From NCBI GenBank assembly GCA_002778465.1, contig PFBV01000003.1:239766-303765 (forward strand): a stretch of DNA of 64,000 nt, read 5' to 3'. Position numbers and translations under genes: made by a program. Under the pieces are notes generated by a model. That model saw nothing but the letters and a program-made list of their open reading frames with translations, searched no databases and was not told where the DNA came from. Of this stretch, positions 40,039-49,906 are shown in pieces (position 1 is the first letter of the stretch; the number at the start of each line of letters is the position of its first letter). This stretch comes from Candidatus Magasanikbacteria bacterium CG10_big_fil_rev_8_21_14_0_10_36_32. GTDB lineage: Bacteria; Patescibacteriota; Patescibacteriia; Magasanikbacterales; GWA2-37-8.

Positions 40039-40713
40039 TTATTTTACCAATACTAATTGTTCAACTTTATTCTGATAGTAAACTTCCACTGTCAATCGTT
40101 TCACACCAAATTTTTTCGCTTCAATTTTAGTCGTATCCAACCAAATATCCATACGTCCATAACCGTAACGAGAATTCATCCGATCATCAACAGTAAAAAT
40201 TTTATCGCCATACAATTCCGGAATTTTTATCTTTGTGCCGAACGGCAACCAGTTGGCAGCCAACATTCCATCGTAAACATATTTTCCTGAAGCGGCGATA
40301 AAAGGAGAATCGTCGGTCTGATCAGGCGTGCTGGTATAAGCAGTCATCACTACTTCAACTACTTTATCCGGAAAAACTTTCGGTTCAGTTTTTAATTCCT
40401 GATAAAAAACTTTTTCTTCTTCTTTAAATGTGGTGGCGGACAAAATCTTCTTAGCCAAAACTCCTTGCCGCAAAGTTTTTTCAGCAGACAGTTTCTCTTG
40501 AACGCGAAAATAAGCGCTAAGATAAGAATTAGTCTGAATCATTTCTTTGTTTACAAAATATTGTTCAAAAACGTCGGATTGCGACTCCAAACCATTTTCA
40601 ACAGCCTTAACCTCTACGGGCTGACCTAAAACTGTAATCAAAATAGCTAAGGTCACTAAAGAATATAAAGATTTAGCAGTATCAGCCAAAAAATATTTAA
40701 TTTTGCTATTCAT
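40039..40713 (-). CDS. 3D domain-containing cell wall protein
   Basis: TAYTS..DQTD..P, AAN.LPFGTK, VDDR, MDIW. Confidence 0.88.
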   Translation of the reverse strand: MNSKIKYFLADTAKSLYSLVTLAILITVLGQPVEVKAVENGLESQSDVFEQYFVNKEMIQTNSYLSAYFRVQEKLSAEKTLRQGVLAKKILSATTFKEEEKVFYQELKTEPKVFPDKVVEVVMTAYTSTPDQTDDSPFIAASGKYVYDGMLAANWLPFGTKIKIPELYGDKIFTVDDRMNSRYGYGRMDIWLDTTKIEAKKFGVKRLTVEVYYQNKVEQLVLVK

Positions 40714-41005
40714 AGTAATTTTAACTTACTTTACCGTCATATTTGGCTATATTTAGCCAAATCTATTCAATGGGACGGTAATAATTTAATTGTTCTAAAA
40801 AGCTATTTTTCATTCTTTAAGAACCAAACATTATATCACATTTTACCGGTTTTGTCAATACCTTTTGCCACTTTTTTAGCTAATTTAAGCCAAAATATAA
40901 CTAACATTTTATACTCTTTTAAAGACCCTTTGCCAATTTTAAAGTTTTCATATATAATAGCAACTGATTTATTAAGCTAAAAAGACTGTTTTTTTTCGCT
41001 TAACT

Positions 41006-43864
41006 ATGCCAATTAAAAGCCTAATCCCTCGACGTCAACGCCGAACTTACGGTGACATCAATCCAAATCGTCAACCAGAACGTCCCGTCAGTCGACCTCG
41101 ACCGCCAAAAAGAAAACCAATGCGAAAAATAGCGTTCTATCTTTTAATTTTGGGCGCGGTTGGTATTATTATTGGAACAATTTTAGTTGCCTGGGCCAGT
41201 CGTGATTTGCCTGATCCTGAAAAACTTTCAACTCGACAGGTGGCGCAAAGCACAAAAATATACGATCGAACCGGAACACATTTGCTTTATGAAGTTTATC
41301 AAAACCAAAAAAGAACCGTGGTGGAATTAGACCAAATTGCTCCATTGGCAATTAAAGCGACCATTGCCATTGAAGACAAACATTTCTATGAACATAGCGG
41401 CATCCGGCTAATCAGTATTTTTCGCGCCGGTTTTAATAATTTAATTGGACGGCAAACTGGTTCCGGTGGAGCTTCCACTTTAACTCAGCAACTTGTTAAA
41501 AATGCGGTTGTCGGCGATGAACATTCTTATTTCAGAAAAATAAAAGAAGCAATAATGTCCATGAGATTGGAAAGAAAATACAGCAAAGACCAAATTTTAA
41601 AAATGTATCTAAATGAAATTCCTTACGGTTCCACCAACTACGGCATTGAAGCGGCCAGTCAAAGTTATTTTAAAAAAAGCGCAAAAGATTTAACATTGGC
41701 AGAAGCCGCTACCATTGCCGCCCTACCACAGCAACCGAGTCGATTTTTAAATAATCTTGATTTGTTGAAAACTCGCCGCGACATTACTCTCAATTTAATG
41801 TTGGAACAAAATTATATTACCGAAGAAGAAAAAAATGAAGCGGAAAAAACTCCATTAGTAATTGAGGCTCGAGCGGGAATTATGGATGCGCCGCATTTTG
41901 TTCTTTATGTAAAACAATTGCTGGCGGATCGCTATGGAGAAAAAACCATTGATCAAAGCGGCTGGAAAGTAATTACCACTCTTGATTATGATAAACAAAA
42001 AATAGCTGAAACCGCGGTAAAAGAATTGGGAGATAAATTTGCTAAAGAAGCCAATGCTAATAATGCCGCTTTGGTGGCGATTGATCCAAAAACAGGACAG
42101 ATTTTATCAATGATTGGTTCACGTGATTATTTTAATGATGAAATTGCCGGACAATACAATGTCGCTGTACTCGGAAAACGACAACCGGGTTCATCTTTTA
42201 AACCTTTTGTTTATACAGCAGCTTTTGAACAGGGATATACACCTGAAACGGTGCTTTACGATGTAGAAACAAATTTTGAAATGCGCAGTGACGGCACAGC
42301 TTATGCGCCAAAAAATTATGACGGAAAAGAATACGGTCTGGTGACTATGCGCCAAGCTTTACAAGGTTCATTGAATATTCCAGCTGTTAAAACACTTTAC
42401 CTGGTTGGCGATGAAAAAATGAAAGAATATGCAAAAAAATTCGGTTATACAACTTTAACCGGCGATTATGGATTGAGCTTGGTTTTGGGCGGTGGCGAAG
42501 TTAATCTTTTGGAACACACTAATGCTTACGCCACTTTGGCTAATGAAGGAAAATATATTCCAAATTCTACAATTTTAAAAATTATAGATAATCAAGGAAC
42601 GACAATTTTTGAATGGCAAGAAATTCAACCGCAAGAAGCAATAAAACCAGAGTTAGCCGCTTTAACTTCAAGTGTTTTAAGCGATAATAAAGCGCGGGCT
42701 TTTATTTTCGGAATTAACAATACTTTGACTCTGCCAGATCGTCCGATAGCCGCCAAAACAGGAACCACAAACGATTATAAAGACGCTTGGACGATGGGCT
42801 ATGTTCCTTCTTTGGCAGCTGGTGTTTGGGTTGGAAACACGACACCATCACCAATGAAAGGTGGTGGTAATATGTTGGCCGGACAAATTTGGAATCGTTT
42901 TATGAAAGAATCGCTGGCAAACACTCCAATAGAAACCTTTCCTATTCCTCCGCCAAATATCGCCACTAAGCCGGTTTTACGTGGCGCAGTCGGCAGTATA
43001 AAATTAAAATTAAATAATCTTAACGGAAAAATCGCCACCACTTCCACACCGGAAAATTTAATCGTTGAAAAAGAATATTTACCGCCACACACTATTCTGC
43101 ATTATGTGATTAAAGATAATCCGATGGGACCGACACCAACAAATCCGGCTGACGATCAACAATATACCAATTGGGAAAATGCTTTAAATGAGTGGGTCGG
43201 ACGACAGCAACAAATAGGAAAAGGAATTACTTTTTCTGAACCACCAACAGAACTTGATGATTTTCAAACTTCTCCGGAATTAGCGCCAGTTGTAGAATTT
43301 CTTTATCCGACCGGAGATAAAATTTTAAATGACAGACAAATTGAAATCAGAGTTGAAGCCACTTCTCCTCGCGGAGTATCTGAAATTCATTACAAATTAG
43401 ACGGAAATCCAATTGGTTCAAGCCATGAATTTCCTTTTACAATTTCATACTACGCAAAATATCTACCCAAAGGAACACACACGCTGACAGCTGTGGCAAT
43501 TGATGATATTGGAAATTCAACCGCCAAAGAAATAGCTTTTGATTTACAAGCTGAATTTGATTCACCTGAATTTAATTGGTTTGATCAATCACCTCTTGCT
43601 ATTAAGTCTGAAGAATTTCCGAGAGCAATGAGTGTTACTCCGTTTCGTTGGAATGAAATTAAAGATATTAAAATTTATTTAATTTCCAGTAATGAAAATA
43701 AAAAATTAATTTATACTTTTGATCACAATGACCAATTAGTAATGGATAAAATAACTTTTGTCTGGAAGAATGCGCCAATCAAAGATTCATGGACTCTATC
43801 AGGAGTAATGACTGACGAAAATGGAAAACAAATAACTAAAAATCTGGAAATTATCATTGAATAA
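41006..43864 (+). CDS. class A penicillin-binding protein (PBP1A family) with Ig-like C-terminus
   Basis: EDKHFYEH, GASTLTQQ, RKIKE, SSFK, SLN, KTGT. Confidence 0.96.
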   Translation: MPIKSLIPRRQRRTYGDINPNRQPERPVSRPRPPKRKPMRKIAFYLLILGAVGIIIGTILVAWASRDLPDPEKLSTRQVAQSTKIYDRTGTHLLYEVYQNQKRTVVELDQIAPLAIKATIAIEDKHFYEHSGIRLISIFRAGFNNLIGRQTGSGGASTLTQQLVKNAVVGDEHSYFRKIKEAIMSMRLERKYSKDQILKMYLNEIPYGSTNYGIEAASQSYFKKSAKDLTLAEAATIAALPQQPSRFLNNLDLLKTRRDITLNLMLEQNYITEEEKNEAEKTPLVIEARAGIMDAPHFVLYVKQLLADRYGEKTIDQSGWKVITTLDYDKQKIAETAVKELGDKFAKEANANNAALVAIDPKTGQILSMIGSRDYFNDEIAGQYNVAVLGKRQPGSSFKPFVYTAAFEQGYTPETVLYDVETNFEMRSDGTAYAPKNYDGKEYGLVTMRQALQGSLNIPAVKTLYLVGDEKMKEYAKKFGYTTLTGDYGLSLVLGGGEVNLLEHTNAYATLANEGKYIPNSTILKIIDNQGTTIFEWQEIQPQEAIKPELAALTSSVLSDNKARAFIFGINNTLTLPDRPIAAKTGTTNDYKDAWTMGYVPSLAAGVWVGNTTPSPMKGGGNMLAGQIWNRFMKESLANTPIETFPIPPPNIATKPVLRGAVGSIKLKLNNLNGKIATTSTPENLIVEKEYLPPHTILHYVIKDNPMGPTPTNPADDQQYTNWENALNEWVGRQQQIGKGITFSEPPTELDDFQTSPELAPVVEFLYPTGDKILNDRQIEIRVEATSPRGVSEIHYKLDGNPIGSSHEFPFTISYYAKYLPKGTHTLTAVAIDDIGNSTAKEIAFDLQAEFDSPEFNWFDQSPLAIKSEEFPRAMSVTPFRWNEIKDIKIYLISSNENKKLIYTFDHNDQLVMDKITFVWKNAPIKDSWTLSGVMTDENGKQITKNLEIIIE

Positions 43865-44011
43865 AATTTAAAAAATCAAAAATACCCCTTGATACTACTC
43901 ATGGGGTATTTTTTATATTGCGAGGTTGACAAAACTTTAAAAATGTATTATAAATAATTCGCTCTTTAAAAAACCACAAAAAACCATTAAATTGGTTGGG
44001 GAGAAATAACA

Positions 44012-44459
44012 ATGAAAGAAACAAGAATCAAAAAAAATATCTTGACTCGTTCATTCGCCGACCTCCTCGCCATTTGCAAACAAACCAGCTGTCACAATAT
44101 AAACTTCAATGAAAAAAACTTTCCATTGGAACCAATAGATGACGGCGAAGATGAATGGGAAGTGTGTGAATTTCATTTTGATAAAAATATCAAAGAAACA
44201 TCCGCTTTAATAAAATTAACAAAAAACGGATATCGTTTATGCGGTCCACGTCGAGCGATGGAATTCATCGCCAATAATCCAAACATTCAATTTAATCATC
44301 CGTTGATTCTCACTACTTGTTGGAAAAGAAAAACAACCAATTCATGGTCTTATACCAATATTCAGCCAACTCTACGGTAAGCGTCTTATAAGCCTCTGTA
44401 GTCTCGACAGTAAAGACTTTACCCCAAGCTTCGGCTGGTTGGTACTCCGCAAGAAATAA
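44012..44459 (+). pseudogene. frameshifted paralog of 32864-33406, stand-alone unit
   Basis: homology continues in the +1 frame after the A run 44329-44333 to TAA 44457-44459 (..HGLIPIFSQLYGKRLISL...GWLVLRKK). Confidence 0.7.
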
Positions 44460-44665
44460 TCAATCTAATTCGCTCTTTTTAAACTCCACCCCGACTTCGG
44501 TCGGGGTTTTTATTTTGAAAACATAAAAATTATAATAATTATTTTTATTAAAAATAGCTAAAGTTAGCTAAATTAAGGTATTGACAAAAGCCTTAAAATA
44601 TGATATAATACTCTGTTCTTTTAAAACACAACAAACTCCAACCATAATGGTTGATGGAGGATAAA

Positions 44666-45295
44666 ATGGAAAAGAAAAACAGAAGAATGGCCACGATTTT
44701 CATGACTTGCATCACTGTCGCGATACTGTCGGGTCTGTCCTGTGTCTGGGTGTGGCTCCTGAGCGACCACCACGCCCCCGTCAGCCGCCTTGTGGCGACG
44801 GTTTCCGCCGAACAGCGGAATGATGCCATCCGCGAGCAATCACGGGCGATTGCCGCCCGGAAGACATTCCGGGCAATGGCTAAGGCAATGGCCGAACAAC
44901 AGGCCGTTGTTTCTTCCGGCGCCAAGAACATGGACATGTTGTTCTTCAAAACTGAAAAAGATCCTCAATTGGAACAAATCTTTCTGAACCGTCTCAATCA
45001 GATGGTCAACAGCGAAAATGTTTCACTCAGCACATGGATAGACCTTTTTCAGTCAACACAGAACAAAGACAGCTACGTCGGCCGGACAACATTTGAAACC
45101 GCGATGGACGAGATTACACGCATCGTGGAGGAAGATGAAAAATCTTTCCGGGCAATGACCTTCGACGAATGGAACACAATTTACATTACCGCTCCGAAAG
45201 ACAGCGAATTGGAAAAATTTTCCATCGTTCAAATGCGCGAGACCGTGGAAACACCTGACGATATCTGGCTCTATCAGCACTACTCTAACAGTTGA
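44666..45295 (+). CDS. hypothetical single-TM protein, stand-alone unit
   Basis: TTGACA 44581, TATAAT, TGTTCTTT 44614, GGAGG, ATG 44666; visibly GC-richer than neighbours. Confidence 0.8.
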   Translation: MEKKNRRMATIFMTCITVAILSGLSCVWVWLLSDHHAPVSRLVATVSAEQRNDAIREQSRAIAARKTFRAMAKAMAEQQAVVSSGAKNMDMLFFKTEKDPQLEQIFLNRLNQMVNSENVSLSTWIDLFQSTQNKDSYVGRTTFETAMDEITRIVEEDEKSFRAMTFDEWNTIYITAPKDSELEKFSIVQMRETVETPDDIWLYQHYSNS

Positions 45296-45356
45296 TTGTT
45301 TCGCTCTTTAAACTTAAAACCCCGGCCGAAGCCGGGGTTTTTTATTTAATAAATAT

Positions 45357-46469
45357 TTATTTTCTAATTGGCATTACAATGTATAAATATTTAGCATCAT
45401 CTTTTGATGATATTATGCACGGACTATTTCCATTAATCATTTGTAAAATTCCAGTATCACCATCAAGATTATTTAATCCGTCTAATATATATCTAAAATT
45501 CATTAAAATAGAATTATTTTCTCCTTTAATATTCGCTTCCGCTTCTGAATTATATTCACCTGTTTGGGTAGACATTGAAGAAATTTTAATTATTGATTTA
45601 TCATTTTCCAAATCAAAATTAATTCCATTAACTCCACTAGTTGAAAACAAACTAGCCGCTTTTATTTCTTTTATTATTTTTGATAAAGAAAATTCGGCTG
45701 TCGTTTTAAAATCTTTTGGAATAATTTGCACATAATCAGGATATTGCCCTTCAACCAATCTTGATATTAATTGGACACTGTCATAATTAATAACAATTTG
45801 ATTTTCACTTAATAAAATTCTGACATTTTTTTCATTTTCCAAAGTATTAAACGATAAAATATGATTTATTTCTTGCGCGGTTCTTCCAGGAACAATTATT
45901 TTAATTTTTTCTTTTCCCTGGCTTAATTTTATTTTTTTCTCTGCTAAACGATAACTATCAGTTGCAGCCATTATTAATTCATTTTCATCAAAATTAAATG
46001 ATATTCCTGATAATTCAGGGCGAATATCATTTTTGGCTACAGCCGGTAAAACTTGACTTAATCCTTTTTTAAATTCAGCTGTTTCAACTAAAAATCCATT
46101 ATTTCCATCGGCTGCAGGAATAATAGGAAATTCATCAGCCGGGGATCCTTTAATTTTAGTAGCTGAATGTCCACAAGTAATTTGCATCTCATTATCTTTA
46201 AGTTCCAATTCAATCTTTTCATCAGGTAACAGATTAATAAAGTCAGTTAAAGTTCTAGCTGGAACAGTAAAGCTTCCGGGTTTTTCTACGATTGATCTAA
46301 TATTAACAATAATAGCTAATTCAAGGTTGGTTGATATTATCTCTACTTTTTGAGAATCAGCTTTAATTAAGACATTGTTTAAAATAGGTAAATTTATATT
46401 TTTAGTTGCCACTCCGCTTACTAATGATAGAGCAGAAGCAAGATTTTCTTTAGTACAAGTTATTTTCAT
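45357..46469 (-). CDS. dnaN: DNA polymerase III beta clamp
   Basis: STNLE, ATDSYRL, SRLVEGQYPDY, VMPI. Confidence 0.98.
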   Translation of the reverse strand: MKITCTKENLASALSLVSGVATKNINLPILNNVLIKADSQKVEIISTNLELAIIVNIRSIVEKPGSFTVPARTLTDFINLLPDEKIELELKDNEMQITCGHSATKIKGSPADEFPIIPAADGNNGFLVETAEFKKGLSQVLPAVAKNDIRPELSGISFNFDENELIMAATDSYRLAEKKIKLSQGKEKIKIIVPGRTAQEINHILSFNTLENEKNVRILLSENQIVINYDSVQLISRLVEGQYPDYVQIIPKDFKTTAEFSLSKIIKEIKAASLFSTSGVNGINFDLENDKSIIKISSMSTQTGEYNSEAEANIKGENNSILMNFRYILDGLNNLDGDTGILQMINGNSPCIISSKDDAKYLYIVMPIRK

Positions 46470-46755
46470 AAAATTAAGTTATTAACTTTTTTTATTTGTT
46501 TTATTTATATTTTTTTATATATATTTAAATAATAGTAATAATAAGGGAGTGGATAGTGGGGATAAAAAATAAAAAGTTATATTTAATGGTTCTTTTAATT
46601 AATTTATAAAGTGTATAACCGGTGAAGAGAAAGTAATAAAACAGTGGATAAAATTTTATTAGTATTTTTAAAAAGTGAATAACTTTATTTTTGTGGACAA
46701 ACTGTCAACAGAAAAGTTTATTTTTTTAACCACTTATTCACAATTTAAAAGCAGT
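46470..46755. other. replication origin oriC (dnaA-dnaN intergenic)
   Basis: DnaA box-like sites at 46548, 46610, 46643, 46674, 46692, 46734; TAA/TAG trios 46530-46544; AT-rich tract; apparent C-rich to G-rich skew switch. Confidence 0.85.
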
Positions 46756-48138
46756 TTAAATATTATTTATATAAAGTCTTTGTTTAATAGATTCAATTTC
46801 TTGTTTTAACTTGAGATTATTTTCTACTTCTTTATTAATTTTTTCATAAGCGTGCATAGCGGTGGTATGATCACGTCCGCCAAGTTCGTCTCCAATTGAT
46901 GGATAGGACATTTTTAATTCTTCTCTCATTAAAAACATAATGATTTGTCGCGGGTACGAAATTTTCTTTTCTCGGCTTTGACTAAGAAGATTTTCGTTTG
47001 AAATATTATAATATTGTCCGACAGCATCAATAAGTTGTTTCGAGGTTAGAGATTGTCTCATAGAAGTAGTTTCCACGCTGGAAAGGAGAGATTTAACTGA
47101 TTCAACTGAAGGAGTAATATTTTTAAGCTGATGATAAACAATAATTTTATTTAAAAATCCTTCAAGTTCACGGATGTTTGATTGAATTGAAGCTGCAATG
47201 GTTTGTAAAATTTTAGTTGGTAATTCAAAATGCTTTTCATTGCATTTTTTCTCTAAAATAGCCACTCTTGTTTCAAAATCAGGCATAGTAATATCCGCAA
47301 TCATTCCCCATTCAAAACGTGATTTTAAGCGGTCTTCTAAGGCCGGAATAGCTTTTGGCGGTCTATCCGAGGTTAGAATTACTTGTTTGTTTTGTTGATG
47401 TAATTCATTGAATGTATGAAAGAAAGATTCTTGAGTTTCACCTTTTCCGGCGATAAATTGAATATCGTCAATTAATAATAAATCTGTTTGCCGATAACGA
47501 TTTTGAAATTCTTTTGTTGTTTTTTCTTTTACAGATTGAATAAAATCATTGCAAAATTTTTCAGCATTAACATAGATAATATCAATTTGTGGATTTTTTT
47601 TTCGCATTTCATTTCCGATAGCTTGCAGAAGATGGGTTTTTCCCAAACCTACCCCGCCATATATAAATAATGGATTATAAGCTTCACCTGGTCGTGAAGC
47701 AACCGCTTGAGCGGCGGCAAAAGCCAATTCTGCCCCTTTACCAACAACAAAACTTTCAAAGGTATATTTTTGATTTAAAGTAAATCCATTGCTTGAAGCT
47801 CCATTTGTTCTGACAGAGAAATCATTAGTTTGATTTTGAGGAAATTCTAAAGTGTTATTTTCTTCTTCCTCTTGAGTTGTTAAGTTTTTTATATTATTTA
47901 TTTTATACTCCAGCTTTTTTATTGGTTTTTCGGTTATTCTCTCTAAAGAGAGAATAATTATTTGGTGATATTTTTTTTCTAACCATGCACGAGCGAAGGT
48001 GTTTGGGACACACAAAATAACATAACCGTCTTGTATAGAGACAATTCCAGTATTTTTAAACCAAGTGATAAAATTAGCTTTAGAAATTGTTAATTCTAAT
48101 TCTGACAAAACAGCCTGCCAAAGTTCATTGTTATTCAT
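46756..48138 (-). CDS. dnaA: replication initiator DnaA
   Basis: YNPLFIYGGVGLGKTHL, IDDIQF, RELEG, GGRDHTT. Confidence 0.99.
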   Translation of the reverse strand: MNNNELWQAVLSELELTISKANFITWFKNTGIVSIQDGYVILCVPNTFARAWLEKKYHQIIILSLERITEKPIKKLEYKINNIKNLTTQEEEENNTLEFPQNQTNDFSVRTNGASSNGFTLNQKYTFESFVVGKGAELAFAAAQAVASRPGEAYNPLFIYGGVGLGKTHLLQAIGNEMRKKNPQIDIIYVNAEKFCNDFIQSVKEKTTKEFQNRYRQTDLLLIDDIQFIAGKGETQESFFHTFNELHQQNKQVILTSDRPPKAIPALEDRLKSRFEWGMIADITMPDFETRVAILEKKCNEKHFELPTKILQTIAASIQSNIRELEGFLNKIIVYHQLKNITPSVESVKSLLSSVETTSMRQSLTSKQLIDAVGQYYNISNENLLSQSREKKISYPRQIIMFLMREELKMSYPSIGDELGGRDHTTAMHAYEKINKEVENNLKLKQEIESIKQRLYINNI

Positions 48139-48322
48139 AATGTGATACAGTATTAAAATCATTATTTAACTCCGTTTATTTTAGCAGTAATGAAAGTAAA
48201 ATAAAAGTTTGTTTTTGTGAAGATTTTGTGGACAAAATGTGGATGAAAGGGAGTAGAACTTGACTTTATTTTTATTTTGTTTTATGATATAGCAATTATA
48301 AGAGTATTTATTAATTTAAAAT

Positions 48323-48499
48323 ATGCCAAAGAGAACATATCAACCAAAGAAAAGAAAAAGAGCAAAATCGCATGGATTTAGAAAGAGAATGTCTACTAAG
48401 GCCGGTCGCGAAGTTTTAAAACGCAGACGCGCCAAAGGACGCAAAAAATTGACAGTTTCTAATGAAAGAAAGGGAAAAAGAACAAGAAAAACAAGATAG
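48323..48499 (+). CDS. rpmH: 50S ribosomal protein L34 (absent from ORF track), with basic C-terminal extension
   Basis: [58 protein letters not shown]. Confidence 0.97.
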   Translation: MPKRTYQPKKRKRAKSHGFRKRMSTKAGREVLKRRRAKGRKKLTVSNERKGKRTRKTR

Positions 48500-48627
48500 A
48501 GAATATCACTCTATAGTTATTTGTTGATTTGAAAAATCAAAAAAATAATAAAAATCCGCTCAAAATCAGAGCGGGTTTTGATTTTTTATAAAAGATTGTT
48601 ATAATTACTTTAATATATTTTAAAAAT

Positions 48628-49020
48628 ATGTTGAAATTAGATAATAGATTGACGAAAGTTAGAGATTTTAATTTGGTAATGAAGTATGGACATTGGATAA
48701 ATGGTATTTTTTTAGATATGAAAGTTTTAGAATTGTCTAAAAATGAAAGTTATTTTCCCAAAAAAGAGGATGTAGAAAATTTTAAAAAACAGTTTAGATT
48801 AGCCATAAATATTAGTTTGAAAGTCAGCAAAAAAGCCGTTTTAAGAAATAAATTACGTCGGCAGATTAGTGAAGTAATTAGATTATTAATAAAGGAAAAT
48901 TTGATTAAGGTTGGTTTCTATGTTTTAATAGTAGCCAAGAAAGACATTTTAAAAAAAGATTATACTGAAATTGATAAAGAAGTTAATTTTTTGCTTAGTA
49001 AAGCCAAATTGTTAAAGTAG
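48628..49020 (+). CDS. rnpA: ribonuclease P protein component
   Basis: RL...RDF, KVSKKAVLRNKLRR; follows rpmH. Confidence 0.93.
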   Translation: MLKLDNRLTKVRDFNLVMKYGHWINGIFLDMKVLELSKNESYFPKKEDVENFKKQFRLAINISLKVSKKAVLRNKLRRQISEVIRLLIKENLIKVGFYVLIVAKKDILKKDYTEIDKEVNFLLSKAKLLK

Positions 49021-49107
49021 AAAAATACGCCCTTTTTATTTATGAGACAAAAACGGTGTTTTTTTGTAGTAAAAAACAGATAGGAAGATTGGTCAAGGAG
49101 ACAAGAG

Positions 49108-49404
49108 TTGAAAAAGAAAAAGGCAAAAGTAAGAGCAAATAGGTTTATAAAGCATTGGAAATGTGGCATTTTATTTTGTTCACACCGCAGTCACAAGAAA
49201 GGCGTTTGTCCAAAATGCCTTGAATTCAAGAAATTGACTCGCCACCATTGTTTGCCCAAACGTTTTTTTAATGGCCAGGGAAAAATTTTGCTTATTTGCC
49301 GCGATTGTCATGATAATTTGGAACTTTTGATTCCATTAAAGAAAAAGCTGATTGAGCGCGAATATTACGATATTGTAGACCGTTTTCTCTCGGATCCTTA
49401 CTAA
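49108..49404 (+). CDS. small HNH-like zinc-binding protein inserted between rnpA and yidD
   Basis: CPKC...LTRHHCLP...ICRDCHD; AGGAG before TTG; terminator 49429-49455. Confidence 0.75.
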   Translation: MKKKKAKVRANRFIKHWKCGILFCSHRSHKKGVCPKCLEFKKLTRHHCLPKRFFNGQGKILLICRDCHDNLELLIPLKKKLIEREYYDIVDRFLSDPY

Positions 49405-49524
49405 CAGAAGTGTATTTTGTTAGTTTTACGGGGAGGCGAAAACGCCTCCCTTTTTATAAAAATAATTTTTATATTACACAGAAATTATAAAAATCATATT
49501 CTCTATTTGTAGTTAGATATTTTT

Positions 49525-49794
49525 ATGAGTTTAAAGAATATTATTAATGCTATTTTATATTTACCACGCCTACCATTTTTGTTTTTGATACGTTTATATC
49601 AAAAAACATTTTCTCCAGACCACGGTTTTACAAAAACTATATTTCCCCATGGTTATTGCAAGTTTCACCCATCTTGTTCAGAGTATGGTTATCAAGCAAT
49701 ACATAAATATGGGATTTTAGTTGGTTTTTTAAAAACCGGTTGGAGAATTTTAAGATGCAATCCTTGGAGTAAAGGTGGAATTGATTTACCGTAA
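49525..49794 (+). CDS. yidD: membrane protein insertion efficiency factor YidD
   Basis: [26 protein letters not shown]. Confidence 0.95.
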   Translation: MSLKNIINAILYLPRLPFLFLIRLYQKTFSPDHGFTKTIFPHGYCKFHPSCSEYGYQAIHKYGILVGFLKTGWRILRCNPWSKGGIDLP

Positions 49795-49906
49795 TTGTTG
49801 ACTTGTTTACACTATTAACATAATATAGAGAAGGAGGGGCGTTTTGCTCTTTTTTGTTCTTTAAAATTAAACCCGATTAAAAACGGACCAACAAAGGATA
49901 AAAATA

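Noticed and set aside
32864-44459. Diversity-generating retroelement involving the two paralogs
   Set aside because: No reverse transcriptase and no near-identical template/variable repeat pair differing only at adenines is visible in the window.
45292-45735. 147-aa plus-strand ORF and similar antisense ORFs within rpoB/C, comM, hppA and the LTD protein
   Set aside because: Antisense shadows of well-supported genes with no independent signals.
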